A stretch of 24,865 bases of DNA, from the NCBI GenBank assembly GCA_964514675.1, contig CAZERN010000001.1, positions 1 to 24,865 on the forward strand. Direction: 5' to 3'. Shown in pieces: positions 16,225 through 24,659 of the stretch (the stretch's first letter is position 1; every line of letters begins with the position of its first letter). Source of the stretch: an uncultured Gammaproteobacteria bacterium (GTDB taxonomy: Bacteria > Patescibacteriota > Patescibacteriia > Patescibacteriales > UBA12465). Both the position numbers and the translations under genes were made by a program. The notes under the pieces were generated by a model. It saw nothing but the letters and a program-made list of their open reading frames with translations. It was not told where the DNA came from and did no database searches.

Positions 16225-18336
16225 TTAATCCTGTTCATTAGACTGGTCTAAATGCTCACCAAAATACCAAGTTAAAATCTCTCGAGCAACAGCTGCACCC
16301 ACAACACTCCCCTCTTCACCCTCTTCAACTAAAACGGTTAAGACAATCGTCGGCTCCTCAAAAGGGCCAAAGCTAGTAAACCAAGCATGAGGCGCTTTCT
16401 GGGTGGACCATTGAGCAGTGCCGGTTTTGGCAGCCATCGAGACCGGAACAACCTGCAAACTCCGAGCCGAGCCACTAGTAACTGTCTGGCGCATTCCTTC
16501 GCGAACAATTTCTATATTTTTTTGATCAATAAAATCTTGCCGAATAAGTTCCGGTTCAATCTTTTTAAGTACTTCATTATTAGAATCCAATAAGGCGCTA
16601 ACTAAGTGAGGTTTATAGAAATGACCGCCATTAGCAATCGTTGCCGTATAATTAGCTACTTGTAAAGGCGTGACAACGACATCACCCTGACCAATTGAAG
16701 CATGATAGGTATCACCGATATACCAGCGTTCCCCCTTAGCCTTTAGTTTCCAATCAGCGCTAGGGAAAAATCCAGGCACCTCGCCCGGCAAATCAATACC
16801 ACTAATTTCTCCTAAGCCGAAAAGACGCGCATATTTTGATAAGCGATCAATCCCTAAGCCGGTAAAATTATCATAGCCGCCACCAATATAATAAAAGAAA
16901 GTGTTAACCGAATCGGAGATTGCTTTTTTAACATTAGTAGTACCATGACCACCGCTACGCCAATCAGGAAAGAACCACTGTCCGACTTGTAAGCCACCAG
17001 TTGATAAAAAGCTAGTTGTTTCACTAATAATTTTTTCTTGCAAAGCAGCCGCCGCGACTACAATTTTAAAAGTGGAACCGCTCGGGAACCCACCACCTAC
17101 GATACGGTTAAGGAGGGGGCGATCGGGGTCATTTAAATACTTCTCATAATCAGTCTGACTGATTCCAGTGGCAAATAAACGATTATCATAAGCCGGCAAA
17201 GAAACTAGTGCTAAGACTTCGCCACTTCGGGGATCTAAGGCAACGACAGCGCCTCGACTTAAATTCATCGCCTCTAGATGTTTACTTAAAACCTGCTCAG
17301 CGTAACCTTGAAGAGCGACATCTAAAGACAGAAGTAAACTAGCGCCGTCTTCAGCTGGAAGCTCACTAATAATTTTTTTCTGCCGACCTAAAGCATCAAC
17401 TTCAATATTTTTTTGACCCGAAACACCTCTTAATTCTTTTTCCCAAGAAGACTCCAGGCCGGTTTTACCTAAATAATCAATTAAAGAATATTCTTTACCC
17501 CATTTTGTAAGTTCGGCCTGATTAATTTTTCCAGTGTAACCTAAAAGGTGAGATAAGCTGAGTATCGGCTCCTCACTATTTAAAGACTGGGGCGGAAAAA
17601 CATACTCACGTCTAATCTTATTAGAAAGGAAAACCCCAGGAACCTCTTGTAATTTAAGAGCGAGAAGAAGAGCCCGATCGTAATCCAAATTATCCTTAAC
17701 AAATAAGGGCTGATAAGACTCCAGCGAACCAATAACCACCCCATCTAAGAGATTCTTAATTAAAAAATAAGAGGGTGAATCGGTAACTAGAGTTAACCCG
17801 CCCAATTTCTCAACAGAAACATTTTCCTCGCCACGGCTAAGCATCTCTAAATCACCATCTAACCAATAAGCAACCCGCCGGATTAGCTCATCCCGAGTTT
17901 CCTCATCACGCGGCAATTCAATTGGGCGTAAATATAAAACGAAGTTCGCCGCGTTATTAACCAATTGCGTCATTTCTCGGTCGTAAATAATACCCCGCCG
18001 CGCCTCAACAACTTCGGTCCGCAAACGATTACCTTCGGCTAAAGAATAATAGTAGTCCCCTTTAACAACTTGGAGCCAAAAAGAGCGCCCAATTAAAATA
18101 AAAATAAATATCAGAAAAAAGGCAACAATAATCGGCAACTTAGCTAAATCAAAAGTCTTACCAACAAACTCTTTATTACTGCTATCAGCCAAAAAAGACC
18201 GCTCCGTCCAATCAGAGTAGTAATAAGCGTCTTCTAGGTGACCGTAGGAATACTCACCCTCTTTAACAACAAAGGGGTCACCTCCAGCTGACACTCCTCT
18301 TTTTTTAGCACCTCGATGGTGTCGCAAAAACCTCAT
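16225..18336 (-). CDS. mrdA: Penicillin-binding protein 2 (class B PBP)
   Basis: TM, RRGIIYDR, GKTGLE, active-site PSGSTFK (SxxK), SVN (SxN), KTG triad, HAWF. Confidence 0.92.
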   Translation of the reverse strand: MRFLRHHRGAKKRGVSAGGDPFVVKEGEYSYGHLEDAYYYSDWTERSFLADSSNKEFVGKTFDLAKLPIIVAFFLIFIFILIGRSFWLQVVKGDYYYSLAEGNRLRTEVVEARRGIIYDREMTQLVNNAANFVLYLRPIELPRDEETRDELIRRVAYWLDGDLEMLSRGEENVSVEKLGGLTLVTDSPSYFLIKNLLDGVVIGSLESYQPLFVKDNLDYDRALLLALKLQEVPGVFLSNKIRREYVFPPQSLNSEEPILSLSHLLGYTGKINQAELTKWGKEYSLIDYLGKTGLESSWEKELRGVSGQKNIEVDALGRQKKIISELPAEDGASLLLSLDVALQGYAEQVLSKHLEAMNLSRGAVVALDPRSGEVLALVSLPAYDNRLFATGISQTDYEKYLNDPDRPLLNRIVGGGFPSGSTFKIVVAAAALQEKIISETTSFLSTGGLQVGQWFFPDWRSGGHGTTNVKKAISDSVNTFFYYIGGGYDNFTGLGIDRLSKYARLFGLGEISGIDLPGEVPGFFPSADWKLKAKGERWYIGDTYHASIGQGDVVVTPLQVANYTATIANGGHFYKPHLVSALLDSNNEVLKKIEPELIRQDFIDQKNIEIVREGMRQTVTSGSARSLQVVPVSMAAKTGTAQWSTQKAPHAWFTSFGPFEEPTIVLTVLVEEGEEGSVVGAAVAREILTWYFGEHLDQSNEQD

Positions 18337-18465
18337 AAGTCTTATAATAATAGCGAGAGCTTTTTAAAAAAGCAATTAATCGGAAAGTCAAAAAAGCTAA
18401 TCTTCAAGTTTTTTTAAGCTTAATTGTTTTATAATAAAAGTAGCGTTTAAATTATTAGCGAGCCT

Positions 18466-19167
18466 ATGAAACTACTCTTAATTGAAGACGATTTTTTTAT
18501 TGCAAAAAATTTGATTTTATTTTTAAAAAAACGGGGACATTTAATTAATTGGGCTAAAGATGGAAAAACGGGTTTAGAACTCGCCCAAAAAGAAAATTAT
18601 CATTTAATCATTACTGACTATTTGCTCCCAAAACTAAATGGCCAAGAGATTATTAACCATTTACGAGCCTGGGGCTACGATAAACCAATTCTTGCCATCT
18701 CTGTTTGTCAGGAGGTAGAGAAAAAAGTGGCCCTTCTTAATGAAGGAGCTGATGACTACCTGAGCAAACCTTTTTTCTTAGATGAACTGCAAGCGCGAAT
18801 AGAAGCCTTAGTTAGGCGACAACCGGCGATAGAAGCTAATCTCTACTATGATTCAGATTTGGAATTAAGCTCTGCTAAAAGAGAGCTGCTCTACCAAAAT
18901 AAAACAATTCCTTTAACAAACAAAGAATTCCTTCTACTTAAATTGTTAATGACTAACCCCGGTCGAATTTTATCTTGTCAGGAAATCTGCGAACGCGCCT
19001 GGGAAGAGGAGGATTTTTGCCGTCGGAATATAGTTGAAGTTTATATTCTAAAATTACGCGAGAAATTAAAATTTAAAAAACCGTCTCCAATTGAAACAGT
19101 TCCTAGTTGCGGTTATCGTTGGCGAGCGAAAAATTCAAAAATCATTGACCACTTCCCCTCTTACTGA
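18466..19167 (+). CDS. OmpR/PhoB-family response regulator with an intact receiver
   Basis: LIEDD, phosphoacceptor D51 (IITDYLLP), S79, GADDYLSKPF, winged-helix LTNKEFLLL and IETVPSCGYR. Confidence 0.92.
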   Translation: MKLLLIEDDFFIAKNLILFLKKRGHLINWAKDGKTGLELAQKENYHLIITDYLLPKLNGQEIINHLRAWGYDKPILAISVCQEVEKKVALLNEGADDYLSKPFFLDELQARIEALVRRQPAIEANLYYDSDLELSSAKRELLYQNKTIPLTNKEFLLLKLLMTNPGRILSCQEICERAWEEEDFCRRNIVEVYILKLREKLKFKKPSPIETVPSCGYRWRAKNSKIIDHFPSY

Positions 19168-20114
19168 CAATCTAAGCCCAACCGTAACGATTGTAAGTTG
19201 TTGCGCATCAAACTCAAAAATGTGATTCCGGAAATGGTATCAAAACGACCAACATTGTGAGCAGCGTTAAGGGCTAATAATTCAACCCCCGCCCCGCGGC
19301 GAATTAAAGAACCTAAATAAGGCATAATCAGTTCTTCAAAAAAAACATAAGGCTGACCACTTTCCTTTAAATTATCACTAAGAAGAAGGATTTTTTCAGT
19401 ATCGACGCTATCATCTGGAACAAAACCCTGTAAAGACTGGTAATCTAAATCGTAACGCCGCGCTAGATAAGCAAAAGTATTATGACCGGCGATGATAAGT
19501 TCCCGCCACTGACAATTAGCTAGTCCGGCCTCAAATTCTTGATCTAATAAGCGCAACTCTTCTTGATAAGCAGTGGCCCGATTCTGATAAGCATCTTTGT
19601 TACTAGGATCAATTTCTTGATAAGCAAGACTGATAACTTCAACCATTTGAGACGCTAGAGAAAAATCTAGCCAAACATGAGGATCACCATCTTCGCTCGC
19701 TAAATCATTAGCGGTCGCCATTTTATTAGCGATTTCTAATTCGGCTGCCCAGGGCTCTAAAATATCCGAAGTATAGAAAAAGAGAGCTGATTTATTTATC
19801 TCCTGAAGTGTTTCCGTAGTTGGCACAAATTGATGGAGCTCAACACTTGGCGGCAAAATTAGACTAACAGCCGCTTGGTCACCGCCAACAATTCGCGCAA
19901 ATTCAAAAACTGGGAATGAGGCAGTCGCCACCAATAAGCGCCCCGAAGAATCCCGAGACGGCAGCGCCTCCTCAGACGGAGTATTAACTGTTTTTAAAAA
20001 AAATAAATAGAAAGAAAGAATTACTAAAACCAATAAAAGGCCCCCTAAAGAATAGCAAAACCAACGCTTCATTTTATTTTTACCAATTTTAGTCAGCATA
20101 TTATTTAAGATCAA
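19161..20114 (-). CDS. ZnuA/AdcA-like (cluster A-I) metal-binding solute-binding protein, TM-anchored
   Basis: VATASFPVFEF, LPPSVELHQFVP, DPHVWLD, GHNTFAYLARRY, VFFEE. Start uncertain (20114, 20099 or 20072). Confidence 0.85.
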   Translation of the reverse strand: MILNNMLTKIGKNKMKRWFCYSLGGLLLVLVILSFYLFFLKTVNTPSEEALPSRDSSGRLLVATASFPVFEFARIVGGDQAAVSLILPPSVELHQFVPTTETLQEINKSALFFYTSDILEPWAAELEIANKMATANDLASEDGDPHVWLDFSLASQMVEVISLAYQEIDPSNKDAYQNRATAYQEELRLLDQEFEAGLANCQWRELIIAGHNTFAYLARRYDLDYQSLQGFVPDDSVDTEKILLLSDNLKESGQPYVFFEELIMPYLGSLIRRGAGVELLALNAAHNVGRFDTISGITFLSLMRNNLQSLRLGLDCQ

Positions 20115-21186
20115 AAACTGGAATTTCAGACCGGTTGAAAGTTCTAAGTGGCGGCCCCCAAGTTCCTACGCCAGAGGTGGTATAAAGCTTTAAATCGCCA
20201 ACTTGATGCCAGCCATAATGGTAAGGGCCAAAGATTAAACGAGTCAGTACACTCAAAGGGAAAAGTTGACCTCTGTGAGTGTGTCCAGAAAGCTGCAAAT
20301 CAACCCCGAGGGCCTCAGCCGCTTCAATATCCTCTGGTACATGTTTTAGCAACAAGCGCGGCTGCCCCTCATCAGGACTCAAATTAGCTATCTCTGGACG
20401 CAGATAAACATCACCTTCTTCTTGATAATCCCAACCAATCAATTCTAGACCGTCCAACATGACCGCCCGATCATTTAAAACAACAATCCCTTCTGCACGA
20501 AGCATTTTTTCCAAAGCCGATGCATCTAAATAATATTCATGATTCCCAAAGACATAAAAAACGCCATCCGTGGCCTCAAATTTACCCAACTGTTTAACCA
20601 TAGAAGCAACGTCATTCGACTTACCGTCAAAAACATCACCAGTTAAAACTAACAAATCGGGCTCTAAATTATTAACGCGTTGAATTAAATTATTTAAAAA
20701 CTTTACCCCATAAACACCACCATCTAAGTGGATATCGGACAACTGAACAATTCTTTTTCCTTGCCAATATGGAGGTAAATTGTCTAATTCTAGTGAAAAT
20801 TGAACTACTTTCGGCGAAAGAGCTTGAAACAGGCCAATTAGAAAAAGAATCAGGGCCAGCAAAAAACCAAGGCCTGCCAATAAGCGCGGGCTGGATTTTA
20901 AAGGAGTTTTTTTCAAGATAGGTAAAATAATAGCCGCCCCCAGTAAGTAAAAGAGTAACCCCGACCAAAGTGAGCAAAAAAGGGATAACCATTGGATTAA
21001 ATAGCCTCCATTTAAACGAGATAGCGGCAAGAAAATAAAAAAACCAGAAATTAGAAGGAAAATAAGGGCCGCAACAATAATCTTCCCTAATCGGGATAAT
21101 TTCAATAAATCAGCCAACAAAAGCACAACCAGATAAACACCCAGAAAAATAAGAATTCCAAATAAAGCTAAGAATTGGAAAGGCAT
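20101..21186 (-). CDS. Membrane-bound calcineurin-like metallophosphoesterase (YkuE/YaeI-like)
   Basis: N-terminal TMs, then QLSDIH, LTGDVFD, FGNHEYY, LLKHVP, LQLSGHTHRGQ. Confidence 0.88.
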   Translation of the reverse strand: MPFQFLALFGILIFLGVYLVVLLLADLLKLSRLGKIIVAALIFLLISGFFIFLPLSRLNGGYLIQWLSLFCSLWSGLLFYLLGAAIILPILKKTPLKSSPRLLAGLGFLLALILFLIGLFQALSPKVVQFSLELDNLPPYWQGKRIVQLSDIHLDGGVYGVKFLNNLIQRVNNLEPDLLVLTGDVFDGKSNDVASMVKQLGKFEATDGVFYVFGNHEYYLDASALEKMLRAEGIVVLNDRAVMLDGLELIGWDYQEEGDVYLRPEIANLSPDEGQPRLLLKHVPEDIEAAEALGVDLQLSGHTHRGQLFPLSVLTRLIFGPYHYGWHQVGDLKLYTTSGVGTWGPPLRTFNRSEIPVFDLK

Positions 21187-21250
21187 AAAAAAACCAAAAT
21201 AATTGATAGTAATAAGTTTATTATAACAAAATCCTTAAATAATAACATCT

Positions 21251-21895
21251 ATGCATTTAACGATTTTTAATTTTGGTAAAATACCCCAGTCTATAGAAGG
21301 AGTAAATTTCACTTTTGAATTGGGGAACGTGAGCAAGGGCGAGATTTCTATTTCGCCAAAAAGCGAGCTTCTGCTTATTTTCCCAGAAAATAATACTACT
21401 CTCGCTAAAAATCTCTGTCGCCAGTTAAGAAAACAGGGAGTTTTTTTACCAATGATTGTGGTTGGGGAAAAAATCAGCCCCACTCAAGGAAAAATCTTTC
21501 TCAATCAGGGGGCAGATGATTGCTTGCGCGGGGAGTGGAAGATTATTGAACTCCAAGCCCGCCTAGAAGCCCTCCTTCGCCGGCCCGAAATTTTTGTTAA
21601 TTCCCCTTTAAAAATAAAAAACTTAATTATTGACTTCTTCAAACGCCAGGCCTGGATTAATAAAAAAGAATTATTTTTAACGCCCCGAGAATTTGATATT
21701 CTAGAATACTTAAGCAAAAACCAGCAGCGCCTAGTTACCCGCGATGAATTAAGTTTAGAGCTTTGGAATAGTGATTTTAACGATCTTTCTCTGACTGTTA
21801 ATAGTCACCTTTATAATCTTCGTACCAAATTAAAAAAGAGTGGTTCCTTAATATCAATAGCAACGGTTTCCGGAGGAGGCTATTTTTTAAAGTAA
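21251..21895 (+). CDS. OmpR-type winged-helix regulator with a degenerate (pseudo-)receiver
   Basis: C-terminal LTPREFDILEYL, VNSHLYNLRTKL, IATVSGGGY; receiver remnants GADDC and ELQARLEALLRRP but no acidic pocket, phospho-Asp or Lys. Confidence 0.85.
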   Translation: MHLTIFNFGKIPQSIEGVNFTFELGNVSKGEISISPKSELLLIFPENNTTLAKNLCRQLRKQGVFLPMIVVGEKISPTQGKIFLNQGADDCLRGEWKIIELQARLEALLRRPEIFVNSPLKIKNLIIDFFKRQAWINKKELFLTPREFDILEYLSKNQQRLVTRDELSLELWNSDFNDLSLTVNSHLYNLRTKLKKSGSLISIATVSGGGYFLK

Positions 21896-21906
21896 TTTTT
21901 AAAAAT

Positions 21907-22806
21907 ATGAAAATTTTTGTTCTTTTCTTTTTTTTAAGCGCCCCAATCTTAATCGCTGCTCTATTTTTCCAATATTATTATTTTAAGAAAAAACTTTCCC
22001 AAAAGAACAAACTTCTAGCCAGTCAAACCCAGCAAGTTTTAGCTGATTTTAAAAAAAGCCAAGCCAAGGAATTAGAAAAATATCACTGCCTAGTTGAAGC
22101 TGGCCGTCTTGCCGGCGGCATTATCCACGACTTTGCTAACCCCCTAACTGCCCTGGTTTTGAACCTAGAACAAATTCGTTTTCGCGATTTAAGTGAGATT
22201 AAAACGGCAGAGTGGGAACAAAAAATAAATGAGGCAAGCCTCCTCTGTCAAAGAATGACTCATCTCTTAAAAGCAGCTAGTAAGCAATTAAGTTTTCAAA
22301 CAGAAACCAAAGAACTCTTTTCGGTTAACGAAGAGATAGATAATGTTTTAAATCTTTTAGACTGCAAAGCCCGATCTTATAAAGTTAGCCTGCGCAGCAA
22401 TCTCGAGAAAGAAATACTCTTAAATAACAATGCTTTAAAATTCAGTCGAATTATCTGTAACCTTGTCAGCAACGCAATTGAAGCTGTGGATTCACAAAAA
22501 AAGAACTCTTGGGTGGAAATTAAAGCCCGTTTGATTAATGGGCGTCTAATAATGTCGATTACTGATAACGGGCTAGGCCTACCAGAAGACTTAAAAGAAA
22601 AATTATTTGCCCCCTTCTTCAGCACAAAAAAGAAAAAAGGCAATTTAGGTTTAGGGCTAGCGATTGTCTCAGATTTAGTAAGCAAAGATTTTTACGGAAA
22701 AATACGCGTTAGCAGTCAGATTCGAAAATTCACCGCCTTTACAATTGAACTGCCCCTTGAGATTAAAGATATAAAAATCCCAGAAGAGAGCGGGGCTTTA
22801 GGCTAG
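21907..22806 (+). CDS. Sensor-less membrane-anchored histidine kinase
   Basis: One N-terminal TM; H-box AGGIIHDFANPL, N-box NLVSNAIEA, G1 ITDNGLGL, F-box LFAPFFSTK, G2 GNLGLGL. Confidence 0.9.
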   Translation: MKIFVLFFFLSAPILIAALFFQYYYFKKKLSQKNKLLASQTQQVLADFKKSQAKELEKYHCLVEAGRLAGGIIHDFANPLTALVLNLEQIRFRDLSEIKTAEWEQKINEASLLCQRMTHLLKAASKQLSFQTETKELFSVNEEIDNVLNLLDCKARSYKVSLRSNLEKEILLNNNALKFSRIICNLVSNAIEAVDSQKKNSWVEIKARLINGRLIMSITDNGLGLPEDLKEKLFAPFFSTKKKKGNLGLGLAIVSDLVSKDFYGKIRVSSQIRKFTAFTIELPLEIKDIKIPEESGALG

Positions 22807-22821
22807 GATATTTTCTAAACA

Positions 22822-22849
22822 AAAAAACGAGTTTTTAACCTCGTTTTTT
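22822..22849. terminator. Bidirectional intrinsic terminator
   Basis: AAAAAACGAG-tttttaac-CTCGTTTTTT between convergent genes. Confidence 0.85.
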
Positions 22850-22876
22850 AAATTAACTAAAGACTATTAAGTTCAC

Positions 22877-23611
22877 TTAATTAAAAAAATGAAAAGAGTC
22901 AGCTATTTTTAAATCAAAACAATTGCCAGCCGTAAAACCTAAGCCGACATTACATTCTTGCCCCAAACTCCAAAAAGCTACTTTTTTTGCTATCGGGCTA
23001 TAAACTATATAATTGGCGTAATTTACCGGGCAAAGAGTTTCGCCTAAATCTTTCCCACCCCCATTAATCTCAACTCTATAATTCCCCTCAAAACTTGTGT
23101 CTGTTTTTCCTTTATAGCGGCAACCAGCACCAAGCTTATCCTTAATTAATGAATCTAAATCTGACTCGACTTCAGTATCAAAAATAACAATGTGCCAAGG
23201 CAGGGGGTAGGAATTATCATTTTCTTTATATTCAGGGACAAAAGTGTTTTCTATTTTTATTAATTCTCCGGTTTGCAAATCAACTTCAACATTGTATTTT
23301 TGCGTTAAATAAAAATTATTATTTTTATTTAAAACCTGATTAGGAAGGAGTAAATTGAGAATAGCTTTTTCTTCGCTTATATTGCCCCACCATTTATTAT
23401 TAATTGAAGTAATGGGGTAATTAAAACTAAAGCCATATTCTTCATTTTTATATTTTATCCATTCTATTGAATCTCTAACATTTCTTGGCTCGCCTATTGT
23501 CCAAATAAAATAAAAACGGGAATATTGTTTTTTAGTTGCCACTAATATATCTAAATTATCATTTCTAAATAAATACCCCGAGCCCAATTGCTCAATGAAG
23601 CGATAATTATT
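22877..23611 (-). pseudogene. Probably 5'-truncated gene for an extracytoplasmic hypothetical protein
   Basis: No in-frame ATG; the frame stays open up to the IS end (NNYRFIEQLGSGY). Contains WIKYKNEEYGFSFNYP and four Cys but no signal peptide or TM. Confidence 0.55.
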
Positions 23612-24548
23612 TGTGACATTGCAGCGAAAGGTTTACACTTTGGGCCTCACATAACTTTTGCATAGGTGTTAGGCCGTCCATACCAAGTCCTCGATATTTT
23701 TTCTCATAATTATAATAGTGCATAAACAGATTTAGTCTGTATTGCATTTCTTCAAGTGACAATCTGGGCGGAAACCCATATCGCAAGGCCTTCTGGTTTA
23801 GGGTTTTGTGGAAGCGCTCAATCTTGCCGTTTTCTTCTGGCCAGTATGGAGTGTTCTTTCGGTGAACGATATTATATTCCTCTAGTAACAATTTTAGTTT
23901 GCCATTTAGAAATTCGGTGCCCTGATCGGTTCTGATTTTTTGAATTGTAAATGGAGCTCGTTGTAATACCTTTCTAAAAAAATCAACTGTGTTGTCTGCG
24001 TTAGCGGTTGAGTAACTCCAGACAAAGGCCCATCTAGTAGCATCATCAATAATCGTATAGATTACTTTGCCCTGCTTGTAACCGTGTGGATATTTAGTAT
24101 CCATTTGTAGCTCATATCCTGGTATTTTGTGGGCAAATAACTGTTTCTTCCATCTCTTTTTGGTGTCTATATAATAATCAGTATATCTGACTTTGTTTCT
24201 TTTTAAAATGCGATAAATGGTGGTGGGGTGTAAAGTAATATTATGTTCGTGTTGTAATCTGTCAGCGAGCGCCTCTGAGCCATCGAAACGATATTTCTTA
24301 GCTAGCTCAATGACACATAATTCTAGAGCCTCAGTCGTTCGGTTGTGGGCGGGCCCGCTTCTTCTCTTGCTTTGGGCTTCAATGATTCCGGACTCACCAA
24401 AGCGGCGATATCTGAGCAGATGTTTGTGGACGCTTTGCCTTGAGAGGTTCATTTCTTTGGCGACCGAAACAACTGTTTGCTCTTTAGAAACGATATTGTC
24501 TAATTTGGATATTAGTAACTGTATATACTTGGGGTCAAATCGATTCAT
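23607..24548 (-). CDS. IS481-family transposase
   Basis: N-terminal HTH (VAKEMNLSRQSVHKHLLRY), HPTTIYRILKR, DDE motifs LQMDTK, IRTDQGTEF and NGKIERFHKTL; single ORF with no IS3-type frameshift. Confidence 0.92.
   Translation of the reverse strand: MNRFDPKYIQLLISKLDNIVSKEQTVVSVAKEMNLSRQSVHKHLLRYRRFGESGIIEAQSKRRSGPAHNRTTEALELCVIELAKKYRFDGSEALADRLQHEHNITLHPTTIYRILKRNKVRYTDYYIDTKKRWKKQLFAHKIPGYELQMDTKYPHGYKQGKVIYTIIDDATRWAFVWSYSTANADNTVDFFRKVLQRAPFTIQKIRTDQGTEFLNGKLKLLLEEYNIVHRKNTPYWPEENGKIERFHKTLNQKALRYGFPPRLSLEEMQYRLNLFMHYYNYEKKYRGLGMDGLTPMQKLCEAQSVNLSLQCHK
23612..23640. repeat. IS terminal inverted repeat at the transposase 3' end
   Basis: Aligns with the reverse complement of 24601-24631 with two 1-nt gaps and four mismatches. 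Confidence 0.85.
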
Positions 24549-24581
24549 ATTGGCTAGAATATAGTAAATAGATAACTATTT

Positions 24582-24609
24582 ATTATATTTTAGTTCCAGA
24601 AAGTGTAAA
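24582..24609 (-). promoter_or_regulatory. Transposase promoter with the -35 box inside the terminal IR
   Basis: TTTACA (24609-24604), 16 nt spacer, TATAAT (24587-24582). Confidence 0.6.
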
Positions 24610-24631
24610 CCCCTTTGCTGCAGTGTTAACA
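24601..24631. repeat. IS terminal inverted repeat at the transposase 5' end
   Basis: AAGTGTAAACCCCTTTGCTGCAGTGTTAACA, partner of 23612-23640. Confidence 0.85.
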
Positions 24632-24659
24632 ATGATTTCTAGGCTGAGTTCAAGAAACA

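Larger units (their letters stand above)
23612..24631 (-). mobile_element. IS481-family insertion sequence, complete (1020 bp)
   Basis: 5'-TGT...ACA-3' ends; imperfect terminal IRs TGTGACATTGCAGCGAAAGGTTTACACTT and TGTTAACACTGCAGCAAAGGGGTTTACACTT; single DDE transposase; flanks ATTATT and ATGATT (5 of 6 match). Confidence 0.88.

Noticed and set aside
18359-18424. GCTTTTT-A-AAAAAGC palindrome and AAGC(A/T)..TAAT repeats between mrdA and the RR
   Set aside because: Low-complexity AT sequence; cannot be separated from chance as OmpR-type boxes.
16387-22685. Short ORFs overlapping mrdA, the phosphoesterase, the pseudo-RR and the HK
   Set aside because: Shadows with no independent evidence.
24217-24564. 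115-aa plus-strand ORF
   Set aside because: Antisense to the transposase.
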